A stretch of DNA of 64,000 nt from a virus (lineage: Duplodnaviria > Caudoviricetes): positions 8,190 through 72,189 of IMG/VR virus record IMGVR_UViG_3300005937_000009, one strand, 5' to 3'. The stretch's first letter is position 1; every line of letters starts with the position of its first letter. Below the pieces are notes generated by a model. That model did no database searches, was not told where the DNA came from, and was given only the letters and a program-made list of their open reading frames with translations. This document shows positions 1 through 10,215 of this stretch, piece by piece. The translations under genes were made by a program, and so were the position numbers.

Positions 1-3000
1 CATCTTCTATGGACCTCTGCGCGCTCGGCGCTGTTCTGATATTCTCCTCAAGTATTTCCGGCCCGAACTTCTCGGCCAGATGATTATAGTATGAGTGCAG
101 ATAATCGTTAGCATCATCAATGTGCACGCCGTAATCTTCGGCCTGCCCGCTGGCGAGTTTGGCTGCTGCTTCGATGTTGAGAATGATTTCATTATTGGGA
201 TATCCACCACGCTCAAGCAATTGTTTTTTGATGTGCTGGTAGACACGGTTATTTGCAAAGTGTTCAGCAACAGCCCCCCCTCTCTCTTCGGAGAACAAGC
301 CCGCTGTTCGTTGCCAAGTATGATAATCCTCTTCCCGTATAATCTTCTTAATGCGATGGCTTCCGGCTGTCGTATCGACAAACGAGACGGCGGAATGTCC
401 GGCTTGTTCTGCCGCCTCACGTGCTTGATCGATCTGGTCGGCTAATCTCCTGAGTGCCGCGCCCTGTTCGCCGTAGGCTCCAGACGAACTGCGCAATTTC
501 TCAGAGATCATATCCAAACCATTGAGCGGAACATTGACCCCCGCTATCGCTTTAGGGAATCCCCGCACGCCAGCCTTACGACCAGCGGAGACGATAACCG
601 CCGCGCCCTGTTGATTGATATAGATCGTTCCCGTTTTCCCCTGCGAACGCTCCCGGTATTCGCTCCTAACGTCGCCTACCAGTTTTCGCGCCTCTGCGTA
701 TGTTTGCGGCGCCCGTTCCAGCCGCTTCACTTCTCGCCAGCTAGGACTAGAGGCTGATACTTCCCCCTCCCCGGTAGATGGTTGTTGTATCTGTGACCTT
801 TTGACCGTGACCCGCTCTCCCGCATCATCGGTGACTATCACATTGCCTTTGCGGTCGAAGCCTTCGACGTGCCCCTTGAGCGTCATCTTGCCCGATTTCC
901 ATTGCACCTTATCCCCGGCCTTCAGTCCTTCGCCTTCGGTCGTGACGGGAGATCCGAGCGGGATCATGGGCTTTTTGGGCTCCGGTGTCGCTTCCTCTTG
1001 CTTGCCCTGTAAATGCTCGCTGAGATTAGCCCCTATGTAATAATGTTCTTCCGTCTGTCCCGGATAATCGGGGTAGCGCGCAGGTCCGATATCTTTGACC
1101 ATGCCCGCTTTTTCAGCCTCGGTCAGAGCACCGGGGAACACATGGCGATGAAGTCGTATTTCTCCCCTATCTGCGGCCTCCAGGATAGCTTTATCGAATG
1201 CCTCTTTAGTCAGATAGACATCTTTCATTTGCGCTCGGAGGTCAGGGAGCGAGACAGGTGAGCCCGTTTCTGATCGTGGCTCAACCTGGCGCATGGCCGT
1301 TCGAAGATCGACTACAGGCTTTTCGGTCTTGGGTGCGGTTGGTTCCGTTGCCGTGGGCTGTCCCGGCATGAACCGTTCTGAGGCTGCGTATTCTTTCGAT
1401 GGCTGCGCCTTCATCCCGAATGCTCTCTTGGCTTCCGGTGTCAATCCCGATTCGTTCCGCAATTCGATCTCATCAAGTTGTTTCTCGGTGAGCCCGTATT
1501 TCTCCCGGAATTGCGTCTTATATGCATCCCGCTTTGATGTATTCCAATCCTGTGAGCCCCATGGTTTCGTGGTCTTCTCAATCTCTGGCGGGTCGTATTC
1601 CTGCCGCGCCATGGCGATACGTTCGGGTAGAGACTTCTTCTGTATCTCGGCTGTTTTCGCGGCCTCTTTCGCGGCTTCGCCTTTGAACTGCACGCCAACG
1701 ATATCCCGGAAGAGTTCTTCCGGTTTGTTGATCTTGTTGTCTCCCCGCGTTGTCTCGATCTCTCCGCTATCGATCGCCTCTGCGAGCGCATCAGCCGCGC
1801 CGCCGCCCAATCTCTCCTTCAATTCTTTGATAGAGACCACGCCACCATTGGGCTTGAGTTCGCGCATTGCCGACGTGACGGAGGAGATTAGCTCTTGCTT
1901 CTTCTGTAACTTCTCAACCGTCTTTTCGGTGAGCTTCCGTTGCTCGGGCTCCATCTCCGCGCCCTGCACGCGGAGTTGTTCAGTGAGCTTTTCGATTGCC
2001 TTTTCGGGCGTGCCGTATATCTTCAGTGCCGCGTCTACGCTTGATCGTTGGTTATAGTGCGGCTGCGGGTTGTATTTCGCGGGTTCTGCTGTGGTCTTCG
2101 GCTGATTAAGCGGGGCACGTTTGACTTGACTTTCACTCAGTACACCGGGGCTTGCATTCGGCAAGTCTTCACCTGTGAGCCGACGATGCAGGTTATTAGC
2201 CTGCTGTTCGGTTTTAACTGTAAACTCACCATCACCGGGAACCTTGATCTTTAACGTCTTCTCTTCTTTGCCTGCCGGGACTTCATAGCCCTTCAGTTTA
2301 TCGGTGACAAACTGTTCTTGTGTTGGCGTTAGCCCGGTGCGCGGGCTCACCTTCTCCGGACCCGCCTTCGTCTTCTTCGGTGCTTCCGGTGCCCGTGGTG
2401 CCCGTTCTGGTAGCGTTTCAGGTGCGAACTCGTTAATAACTTCCTTCAGAATGGGCGGAACAGTCTTACTTAACTCCTTCGGCATCTGTTTGGGGTCCGT
2501 AAAATCCCATCCCGTTGTTTCTGTCTTCAATCGATAGACGGCGCGTTTTGCCTGCTCCTGCGATTGGAAGTTAGCGACACGGGCCTTAGTCGGCATATGG
2601 CTGATGGTCCATTCTCCCGGCCCCTCCCGGTGTATGCCGAAATCACCGTAGACAGTGACCTTTCGTAGCTTCTCCTTATTGGGATCGCCGCTCAGGTCTA
2701 CCATCTCCTGTTTGCCCTTCATCTCCGTCTTGATCCGGGCGTCAATATCATCGTAGAACTCGCGGGCTCGTTGTTTGTCTTCCGCGTATTTCTGCTCTCG
2801 TTGTTGCTGCTCCTCCCGTGCCTTCGCGTCTGCGATCTCCATGCGTCTGCGCTGTTCGGTCTTCTCCGCTGTGATTGTATCAAAGCGTTCTTTAGCTGCT
2901 TGGTTGTAATCTATCGCCTCGTGATCCGGTTGAAAGTAGCGCTCTAGCAAGCGGTCAAAACCTTCGGGTGATATGTCATGAATCTTCAATAATTCGCCTT

Positions 3001-6000
3001 GAGCATTGATACTGTACTTTGCCCGGTCTGCAAGTGAATAGATCTCATCACCTACGGTAAACACAGGCCTGCCCCGTTCCTGTTTGCGTTTGAGCAAGCT
3101 TCTGATCGTTGATTCCTGAGCGGGTCTGCGCTCGGTGTATGGAGAGATCCGGATATCTTCGGGCTTAACCGTGGGCTCTTTTTGCGCCTTCGGTGCGGCC
3201 TTTGCTGTCGGTTCCGTTGTTGCTTCGCCCTGTGCTTTGGGGAGACGAGCGTATCTTTGGCCCTCTGTTTGTACCTTCTGTGCCGCATCAATCTTTGCAC
3301 GGAGTTTCGCGCCTTCCTTCTGCTGTGTCTCCGTATAGCCCGTTGCCAACGGCTTCATGGATGGACTATTTAACAGCTTGCGCGCCTGTTTGATCTCTCT
3401 ATCAGCTTTCGCATATTCCCTCTGTGCCTGTTTGTCGAGTTCCGGCGTGCGCTGCGTTGCCGTGCGCCAGTTCTTTTCAGCCTCGACCGCTGCCGCCTTT
3501 GTTTCGGTCTCGTATTGCTCTCGCTGCGCGCTCTCCTTCTCCGCTATCTCCGCACGCTTCAGATTGCGCGCCGATTTCTTTACATCGGTCAATTGATCAA
3601 TCGGGATCAGTTTGTAACCGAAGTAATCTACCCCCACCTTGCCCGTTTTCTCGTCAACTCTGATCACATCTGCTATGGCCTCGCGTCCTGCGGCCATCCA
3701 GCGCACGGTATCACCGGCCTCGGGTGTTGGTTTCGCTTCGGCCTGCGCCTTTTCCGTCGGTTCCGTTACTTTCTCTGGTATGGGGGCGGTCTCAGGGGTC
3801 TCAGGTAGTGCGCCTTTGGGCTCCATGCGAATTGAGGCCGCTTCTTCCTTCCCGCCTAAACCTGCCGGGGCTTGTGCAAGCCGTTGCGCATTCTGTTTGA
3901 TCCGCGCTTGCTCCACTTCCTGTTGTTTCTGCGCCCGGATTGCCCGCTGATTATTGCTGCGCTTCTGGATGATGTGCTCTTCGCCGTTAGCATCACTGAC
4001 CCGGACCTTGCCACGCGGTACGCCCTTCTGATTGTCGGCTAGCGTGACCTCTCCGAAGTCTTCATGGTTGGCGTAGATCTCGCGGGCCTGATTTTCGCCC
4101 GTCGACACTATATCTTGTGGCGTCGATGGCAATTCGGCACTTCTACCGCTAGATATTGCGGATTCAGACCGGGCCTGACCTTCGGGCGTCGCCACCTCTG
4201 GTAATTGCAAGGGATTACGAGGGTTACGCGGTGCTGGCAGTGGTCCCCGCTGAATCTCTGCTCCCTGCGGACCCGGTAGCCGCTGCGGGCGTTGCAACGG
4301 GCTCTTTTGATTTGGCCGCTCTGGGAATGGTCGCGGCTGAATATCGCCGCCCTGCGGACCTGGCAAGCGGGCCGGTGGTTGTCGCCGCAATGGGCTTTGC
4401 TGGTTTGGCCGTTCAGGGAAGGGACGCGGCGCGATCTCCGCCCCTTGTGGACCGGGTAAGCGTGGCTGTTGCGGTTGCTCTCCGGTCTCTCCACGGCGCG
4501 CAATCTCCCGGCGTAGCCGCTCTTCATATGCTGAGCGCTTACGTGCGAGCCCTGATCGCTGATACTCCGGGTTATCGTTCGTGCGCTCTTTGATCTGTTC
4601 GACATCACGCAGACGCTTTTGCAGCGTCTCATTATCCAATGCGGTCACATCTTCATTCAGTATTTTCACGTCGCCCGCTTCTCTCAAATCTCGCGCCCGG
4701 TCTTCCTGCGCTCGTATCCGTTGCTGTTCTGGCGGCAGTTTCATAAACTCGCCGCCCTCGATCTTCGATAGAGGTTTCGGGCTGGGCTTCTGCGTGAACT
4801 TCGCGGGCATCTCCTTGCGCCGTACTCTCTCGTTGCGCTCCTTATTCGCCAGCTTCAGCGCTTCGCCGTTATCCCGCGCCTCTTCGCTGCCCATCTCCCG
4901 AATGCCGCGAATATCCTCATTGCGCGCCTTCTCCCGCTCCCGGATAAAGGCGTCAAGCTCCTCCGGTTTCATATTCTTCAGGTTCTCCACCTGATCGCGG
5001 AGAACGCCACCAAGGAAAGATTGGGCCGCCGGTTCGGTCTCCGTCGCCAACGCTCGCGGGGGTTCTGCGGCCTGGAACGGTGCCCGCTTCTCGCGGTCGG
5101 CAAGTATCTGCGGCGGTCTCGATCGCTCCTCAATAACCGGTTCTTGCCGTGGCGGACGCTGGGCACGCGGCGGTAACTGTTCGCGGCCACTCTCGACCGG
5201 TGGGCGGGTGCGTGGCTCAATCACCGGTTCACTGGTGCGCGGTTGCATCGGCGGGCGCGAGCGCTCTTCCATCACCGGCTCACCTCGCGGCTCTTCCATG
5301 ATCGGCCCGGTAGGTTCCGGAAGCGGCGCGGGTGCTTCCGTCGATCTCGGCCGCAATATCTGCGGCTGTCTCTGGGGTGCCTGTTCCGCTTTGGGCGGGA
5401 AGATCAGCGGACCACCCAGGCCAGATCCTCGAGGTTGCGGCGTCGGTTTCGCTGGTGCGGGTTCGGGTAGTTCCGGCGTGGCCGGCAGCATGGTTGGCTG
5501 CGCCCCCTGTAACGCGGGCTCGGCCTCAAACGGTAAGCCACCCTGCCGCATCTTGCGCCAATCGAACGGCGAAGGTTTGGCAGGTCCATAGGTATCCGAA
5601 GGCAGGTTGGTTGGTTGCCGCCGTTCGGGGACGGGTAGACGCTGCCCGCTGTTCAATAGCCGGTCATATTCGGCCATGGCCGCATTGCGCTGAGCGGGTG
5701 GCATCTCTGCCAACTGCGCCTCATACGCGCCGCGTAAACCTTCCAAAGTCGGCACTTGCTGTACTTGGGTGGTCTGGCCGCGCATCTGCCGCCGCATGAG
5801 TTCCGGTTTCGATGGCCGGTTCATCTGCGGGTAGGTCATCGGCGTAGAGACCTCATCGGCACGAGTCGGCTGTTGTGTCGAACGCTGCGCGGGAAGTTCG
5901 GCCGATGGCCGCATCCGTCCGGCCTTGAAGGCATCGACCCCGGACATGAGACCGCCAACCGCTGCCGCCTCTGCCAGCTTTTCAGGGTCCGTCTCTCCAG

Positions 6001-7363
6001 TAGCCGCCGTTTGTGCCACGTTCGCCCCTGCGCCGATGGCGACCGGCGCCGCTCCCCGGATCAGGGGTGCAGCCTTCGGCAATGCCCTGGCGGCATTTTC
6101 GACCAAGGGTGCGGCCAATTTTCCGGCCTTCACGGGCAGGACGGCGCCCGCAACATTGGTTGCGAACTCTCCGGGCTTCGTCGGGTCGGATCCGAGAGCG
6201 GCCATGCTGACCGCACCGGGGACGTTCCCGGCCAGGATCATGGGGGCGCTTCCGATGGCTCCCGAAACCACGCCCCGTCCAACCTTCGCGGGCAGGGAAG
6301 GCGAAGCGGCCTCACGTTCGGCGACTTGTGATTGAACCTTTTCGAGTCTGGCCGCATCTCCGGGGTATTCCGCCTCTATATTGGCGCGCATTCTCTGCTG
6401 TCGCCGCCGTTGGAGATCGGTAAGCGCTTGATCCTGGTCCGGAATCAAGCCGGCAAATGAAGGATTACCCCGTAAACCTTGTAACGCCCCGCGTCCAAGT
6501 CCTTCCACGCCTTCGCCGATGGCCGATACTGGATGAGTCAACAGATCATTGATGTTTTCACCGAGTTCGTTGACTTGCAGCAGCCCACGGCGCCCAGCGG
6601 TCCCCAACTCATACTTGAGTCGCTGCCCTGCGGGGAGATTGGCCACTCGTTCAGCCTCGCGTTGCTGCGGCATAACCTGGCCGGCCTCTGGGTTCCTGAG
6701 ATCTTCCGCAAGCCTGCCCTGTAGTGTCGGTTTACCGAAAACGCCGCTACCGGCATCGAAGGGCTGAGGGGGCGCTATCCGTTTTGGTTGCTTCTGTTGA
6801 GGGATTGCCTTATGTGGTTTGTTATCTGCTGTATCAGGAGTTTTACTGGATACGGATGATTGCGCCCCGATGGAAGGTGCTGGCCTGCTGCGGGGTGAAG
6901 ATCCTTGTTGCTGTTGAAATCGTTCGTATAAATCGTCGGTCTCGGTGCGCTGCTCCCCCGCGACCTGGCGCATGTAGTTCTGCGTCTCGGCGGGTGCGCG
7001 CTCTACGCCCAGCTTCTTGACTCTCTCCGGTCCCCAATTGTAGGCGGCAGCCGCCTTGCGCTGGTCTCCGCCGAAAGTATCAAGCTGCTGCTTCGCGTAC
7101 CTGACGCCCCCTTCTACGTTCTCCGTGGCGTTATAGGGATTGACGCCCAAATCTTTGGCGGTCCCCGGCATGAGTTGCATCTTGCCGATGGCTCCCGCGC
7201 TCGATCGCCTGCGGCCTGAGATCACATTGGGATCGCCCCCGGATTCGGTGCGAGCCATGCGGCGCACAAATTCCACTGGGACATTTTGCCGTTGGGCTTC
7301 CTCATCAAGCCGTCTATCGGAATATTTCGCGTAGAGTTTGTCGGTTTCGTTCGGAGGAGGCAT
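1..7363 (-). CDS. Giant (>2450 aa, 3'-partial) internal virion/ejection protein with N-terminal lytic transglycosylase (SLT) domain
   Basis: ATG at 7363 just after the stop of 7369-8694. The frame was stop-free in every stretch I translated and stays open to the window edge, so it is absent from the ORF track. N-terminus has SLT motifs RTESGGDPNV, GAIGKMQLMPGTAKDLGV, ENVEGGVRY and AAAAYNWGP. Confidence 0.85.
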   Translation of the reverse strand, partial: MPPPNETDKLYAKYSDRRLDEEAQRQNVPVEFVRRMARTESGGDPNVISGRRRSSAGAIGKMQLMPGTAKDLGVNPYNATENVEGGVRYAKQQLDTFGGDQRKAAAAYNWGPERVKKLGVERAPAETQNYMRQVAGEQRTETDDLYERFQQQQGSSPRSRPAPSIGAQSSVSSKTPDTADNKPHKAIPQQKQPKRIAPPQPFDAGSGVFGKPTLQGRLAEDLRNPEAGQVMPQQREAERVANLPAGQRLKYELGTAGRRGLLQVNELGENINDLLTHPVSAIGEGVEGLGRGALQGLRGNPSFAGLIPDQDQALTDLQRRRQQRMRANIEAEYPGDAARLEKVQSQVAEREAASPSLPAKVGRGVVSGAIGSAPMILAGNVPGAVSMAALGSDPTKPGEFATNVAGAVLPVKAGKLAAPLVENAARALPKAAPLIRGAAPVAIGAGANVAQTAATGETDPEKLAEAAAVGGLMSGVDAFKAGRMRPSAELPAQRSTQQPTRADEVSTPMTYPQMNRPSKPELMRRQMRGQTTQVQQVPTLEGLRGAYEAQLAEMPPAQRNAAMAEYDRLLNSGQRLPVPERRQPTNLPSDTYGPAKPSPFDWRKMRQGGLPFEAEPALQGAQPTMLPATPELPEPAPAKPTPQPRGSGLGGPLIFPPKAEQAPQRQPQILRPRSTEAPAPLPEPTGPIMEEPRGEPVMEERSRPPMQPRTSEPVIEPRTRPPVESGREQLPPRAQRPPRQEPVIEERSRPPQILADREKRAPFQAAEPPRALATETEPAAQSFLGGVLRDQVENLKNMKPEELDAFIREREKARNEDIRGIREMGSEEARDNGEALKLANKERNERVRRKEMPAKFTQKPSPKPLSKIEGGEFMKLPPEQQRIRAQEDRARDLREAGDVKILNEDVTALDNETLQKRLRDVEQIKERTNDNPEYQRSGLARKRSAYEERLRREIARRGETGEQPQQPRLPGPQGAEIAPRPFPERPNQQSPLRRQPPARLPGPQGGDIQPRPFPERPNQKSPLQRPQRLPGPQGAEIQRGPLPAPRNPRNPLQLPEVATPEGQARSESAISSGRSAELPSTPQDIVSTGENQAREIYANHEDFGEVTLADNQKGVPRGKVRVSDANGEEHIIQKRSNNQRAIRAQKQQEVEQARIKQNAQRLAQAPAGLGGKEEAASIRMEPKGALPETPETAPIPEKVTEPTEKAQAEAKPTPEAGDTVRWMAAGREAIADVIRVDEKTGKVGVDYFGYKLIPIDQLTDVKKSARNLKRAEIAEKESAQREQYETETKAAAVEAEKNWRTATQRTPELDKQAQREYAKADREIKQARKLLNSPSMKPLATGYTETQQKEGAKLRAKIDAAQKVQTEGQRYARLPKAQGEATTEPTAKAAPKAQKEPTVKPEDIRISPYTERRPAQESTIRSLLKRKQERGRPVFTVGDEIYSLADRAKYSINAQGELLKIHDISPEGFDRLLERYFQPDHEAIDYNQAAKERFDTITAEKTEQRRRMEIADAKAREEQQQREQKYAEDKQRAREFYDDIDARIKTEMKGKQEMVDLSGDPNKEKLRKVTVYGDFGIHREGPGEWTISHMPTKARVANFQSQEQAKRAVYRLKTETTGWDFTDPKQMPKELSKTVPPILKEVINEFAPETLPERAPRAPEAPKKTKAGPEKVSPRTGLTPTQEQFVTDKLKGYEVPAGKEEKTLKIKVPGDGEFTVKTEQQANNLHRRLTGEDLPNASPGVLSESQVKRAPLNQPKTTAEPAKYNPQPHYNQRSSVDAALKIYGTPEKAIEKLTEQLRVQGAEMEPEQRKLTEKTVEKLQKKQELISSVTSAMRELKPNGGVVSIKELKERLGGGAADALAEAIDSGEIETTRGDNKINKPEELFRDIVGVQFKGEAAKEAAKTAEIQKKSLPERIAMARQEYDPPEIEKTTKPWGSQDWNTSKRDAYKTQFREKYGLTEKQLDEIELRNESGLTPEAKRAFGMKAQPSKEYAASERFMPGQPTATEPTAPKTEKPVVDLRTAMRQVEPRSETGSPVSLPDLRAQMKDVYLTKEAFDKAILEAADRGEIRLHRHVFPGALTEAEKAGMVKDIGPARYPDYPGQTEEHYYIGANLSEHLQGKQEEATPEPKKPMIPLGSPVTTEGEGLKAGDKVQWKSGKMTLKGHVEGFDRKGNVIVTDDAGERVTVKRSQIQQPSTGEGEVSASSPSWREVKRLERAPQTYAEARKLVGDVRSEYRERSQGKTGTIYINQQGAAVIVSAGRKAGVRGFPKAIAGVNVPLNGLDMISEKLRSSSGAYGEQGAALRRLADQIDQAREAAEQAGHSAVSFVDTTAGSHRIKKIIREEDYHTWQRTAGLFSEERGGAVAEHFANNRVYQHIKKQLLERGGYPNNEIILNIEAAAKLASGQAEDYGVHIDDANDYLHSYYNHLAEKFGPEILEENIRTAPSAQRSIED

Positions 7364-7368
7364 GCTTA

Positions 7369-8694
7369 TTATCTCCGATATTCGTAGCCGTCTCGTGTCA
7401 ATTGCTCGATCGCCTGCGCCTTGGTCTTTCCGGTCTCATCCATCATGAATTGAATGAACTTCTCATCGGCTACCGGTTTCTGCGCGCTCCGCATCTGCGG
7501 CGTTGGCTGCTGCACGCGGGCCTTGACGTAAGGCCATCCGTCCTGTTCGCCTATCTCGACATCATCCCCGTACAGGTCTTTCATCTCCTGCGCCTTGTCC
7601 CTGGCCTGCTGGATGAGCCCCGCCTTCGCGTCCATGTCGGTTTCGGCGTTGGCATCGGCCTTCAACTTGTCGAACTCTTTCGTTGAGGCTTTGATTGAGT
7701 TGAGGAGAGCGGTATTAGTTTTACCTTCCTTGGTGCCGCTTACGCTGCGGTCTTTGGCGTAGGGGTTGCGGGTAATCTGTCCCGTGCGGCGGTTGAGTAT
7801 TCCGCCCTCCGTCGATGTATAAGCGTCCTGCTGCGCTTTACCCTTAAACTGTTTCCCCTTGTTCTCCGGTGCGTTGAGGTCGATATATCCCCGGTCGGTC
7901 TCGACCCAATGCGGTGTGTATTTCGGCCCCTGCTTCAGCTTCTCGCGCTCATTGGCGGTCTGATCTGCCCTGCGCTGAGCTTCCGATTGCTGGTTAGCGA
8001 TTTGAGACCGCTTGTACTCCTGTTCAAGCTGCGCCTGCTGCGCCGCCGCGTTCGCCGCCGCCTGCTGATCCTCAAGGCCATAGCGTTCGAGGATCTTGGG
8101 CTTGATCTGCTCTTCGAACTCCATGCCGCGCTCGGTGCGTGGCGAGAATCCCGCGACCGCTCCGCGAGCCAATCCGCCGCCGATTGCGCCGCCGATATCG
8201 CCCGTTGCCCCGTAACCCTTCAACGCGCCCGCCAGGGCAGGCAAGAGCGCCCCCTTCAATCTCGCGCCGAAACCGGTAGGCGTCGGGCCATTCCTGTACA
8301 CGTCCCGCGCTTCCTGCATCTCTTCGGCCCGCGTCTGGGGTCCGACGATAGGGCCGGCACCGACGACCCCACCGGGAACATTCGGCGCGGGTTCGGTGGT
8401 TGCGATCGGCGGACGGACCATAGGAGGCATAGCCGGCGCGGGCTTCTTCCTTTGCCCGAATACCGACGTTTGCGCGGCCTGCGCCATGGGGTTCTGCCTG
8501 ATCTGCGGCATGCTGGCCTCCGGGTTGAATCCCGGCGTCATGGGGATTGGTGGCCGGTAATTGGGGGCCTGGTCGTCTTCCCCCAATTCCCCCAATTTGC
8601 CGAGCGCTGAAGGTATCTTCTGTATGCCCTGGCCCGCTGCTCCTAACCCCCTGGCCAGAATCCCCGGAATTTGCGCGAGAAAATCCAACGCCAT
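7369..8694 (-). CDS. Probable ejection (internal core) protein
   Basis: 441 aa, Gly/Ala-rich helices plus Q/E coiled coil; lies between nozzle/GNAT and the giant SLT protein, as in podovirus ejectosome cassettes. Confidence 0.55.
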   Translation of the reverse strand: MALDFLAQIPGILARGLGAAGQGIQKIPSALGKLGELGEDDQAPNYRPPIPMTPGFNPEASMPQIRQNPMAQAAQTSVFGQRKKPAPAMPPMVRPPIATTEPAPNVPGGVVGAGPIVGPQTRAEEMQEARDVYRNGPTPTGFGARLKGALLPALAGALKGYGATGDIGGAIGGGLARGAVAGFSPRTERGMEFEEQIKPKILERYGLEDQQAAANAAAQQAQLEQEYKRSQIANQQSEAQRRADQTANEREKLKQGPKYTPHWVETDRGYIDLNAPENKGKQFKGKAQQDAYTSTEGGILNRRTGQITRNPYAKDRSVSGTKEGKTNTALLNSIKASTKEFDKLKADANAETDMDAKAGLIQQARDKAQEMKDLYGDDVEIGEQDGWPYVKARVQQPTPQMRSAQKPVADEKFIQFMMDETGKTKAQAIEQLTRDGYEYRR

Positions 8695-8696
8695 AA

Positions 8697-9182
8697 TTAC
8701 CTATATAAGAGTTTAGTTTCCCGGTAGGTCTGCCAGATCAGCAGGCCGATATAGAGGCTGGTAGGTGCAAGCGCCCATTGCTGCCCAAGTAAAAACCAGT
8801 AGCCGAGAGCGGTGCACGCCATGCCGCCATAGCCCGGATGTCTCAGGTGCTTGTAAATGCCGGTTTTGATGATGCGGAGAGGGCGGACGAAGGCGGGCGT
8901 AAAATAGGGGTTCTCTCGAAAGGCTAAAATGGTCAAGGTCTGGCCGACGATCACCAGACATGCGCCCAGTATGCGCATCTCTACGGGCATCTCGGAAGGG
9001 TCACAATAAGCTTGTATGGCTGCCGTGATGGAGATCGACCAGACGAGGCACTGAGCGAGCATGAACAGCGGCGTATGCCGTGCTCCCTTCATATAGTATG
9101 CGCGCTGTCTGGCCGGGATGAATCGCGTTTGCGCGATCGTGGCGCCGACGTTGAGCAGAAAGAAGAGAAGCCACCAGACCAT
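8697..9182 (-). CDS. Isoprenylcysteine carboxyl methyltransferase (ICMT/Ste14/PEMT-like) membrane methyltransferase
   Basis: Several hydrophobic segments and the motif IIKTGIYKHLRHPGYGG, matching the G-x-Y-x-x-x-RHPxY signature. Confidence 0.75.
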   Translation of the reverse strand: MVWWLLFFLLNVGATIAQTRFIPARQRAYYMKGARHTPLFMLAQCLVWSISITAAIQAYCDPSEMPVEMRILGACLVIVGQTLTILAFRENPYFTPAFVRPLRIIKTGIYKHLRHPGYGGMACTALGYWFLLGQQWALAPTSLYIGLLIWQTYRETKLLYR

Positions 9183-9709
9183 CAGAAGGGAATTGCGCCG
9201 CCCAAGACTGAACCCACCCCGCCCAGAATAGATCCGAAAACGCTTTGACCGGGCTGAATGTTGATCGTGTTGGACCGGCCAGAACCGGAAGATTGAGCCG
9301 CATTGGTTCCATATTGACGCTGGGCAACCAATTGCGGGGCGGTCAGTCCCGCTACCGCAAGCTTCTGCCCATACTGCTGCTGATTGAGCCGCTGCGCTTC
9401 TGCCGCCGATTCCTGGCCCGCTCGTTCGTCAATATCACCGAAAGCCGAGAGTTGTCGTTGTGCCGATAGTTCGGGCGTGGAATAGCCGGCGGCAGGATTC
9501 CCGAAAGTGGCAGACACGCGGCGACGTGCGGCAGCCGAGCGGTACGGTATGGTTGGGTCTGCCGTAAACTGGAAATTGCGCAATGCATCAATATCAGCGG
9601 ACTGCGCACCGGGGACGTATCCATACTCTGTCCGGTTGTCGTAAGAGCCCGATTGCTGGCTTTGCTGGCTCGATGTTGTATCCTGCGTGCTCTTCTTTTT
9701 GCCTCCCAT
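9182..9709 (-). CDS. Probable small ejection/pilot protein
   Basis: Start reassigned to ATG 9709 (TAATG overlap with the upstream stop). MGGKKKS..SQQ N-terminus and Gly-rich amphipathic C-terminus, as in podovirus pilot proteins. Confidence 0.55.
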   Translation of the reverse strand: MGGKKKSTQDTTSSQQSQQSGSYDNRTEYGYVPGAQSADIDALRNFQFTADPTIPYRSAAARRRVSATFGNPAAGYSTPELSAQRQLSAFGDIDERAGQESAAEAQRLNQQQYGQKLAVAGLTAPQLVAQRQYGTNAAQSSGSGRSNTINIQPGQSVFGSILGGVGSVLGGAIPF

Positions 9710-10215
9710 TATGCGGCCTCCGGTTTCTGGTGATCGATCAACCAATCCAATCGCGTCATCTGGTAGACTTGCCAACTGTAATGCACGCCGTTTATCTCCT
9801 CTTCTTCGGGAAGGCCATAGGGATGCAAACCCGTCATCTCACACATGGCGGTAGAGCCTCTATGTTCATGTCCGTTGATGATGGGCCGATGGGTGTAGAT
9901 CGATTCCGCGTGCAGATCGTTGAAGAGAGACCAGCCGACTTGATAGACGGCATTGCCGATAACCCGTAGATCGCTCCTGCGGGGTGAGGTGACGTGCAAC
10001 AGATACTCGGCTTCCCCGGTCAGTTCGATGCTGATCACCGACAGCAACTTGATATTATCGAAGACCCCCACATACTTTTTGTTCGGCGCGGCTTCAAAGG
10101 TGTGATGGATATATGCGCGCCGACGAGATGCCCAGAGGCGAGCCCATTCGAGATGCGGCCCCTCGGCAATCGTGATCAATTCGAAATCAGTAGCTAACGG
10201 TGTCGATCTCGCCAT
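9709..10215 (-). CDS. Probable GNAT-fold protein (position of T7 gp13 / P22 gp14)
   Basis: 168 aa alpha/beta pattern, between nozzle and ejection genes. Confidence 0.45.
   Translation of the reverse strand: MARSTPLATDFELITIAEGPHLEWARLWASRRRAYIHHTFEAAPNKKYVGVFDNIKLLSVISIELTGEAEYLLHVTSPRRSDLRVIGNAVYQVGWSLFNDLHAESIYTHRPIINGHEHRGSTAMCEMTGLHPYGLPEEEEINGVHYSWQVYQMTRLDWLIDHQKPEAA

Noticed and set aside
95-7334. Many plus-strand and off-frame ORFs (e.g. 1293-2057, 4156-4593, 5756-6331)
   Set aside because: Shadows of the single long minus-strand ORF
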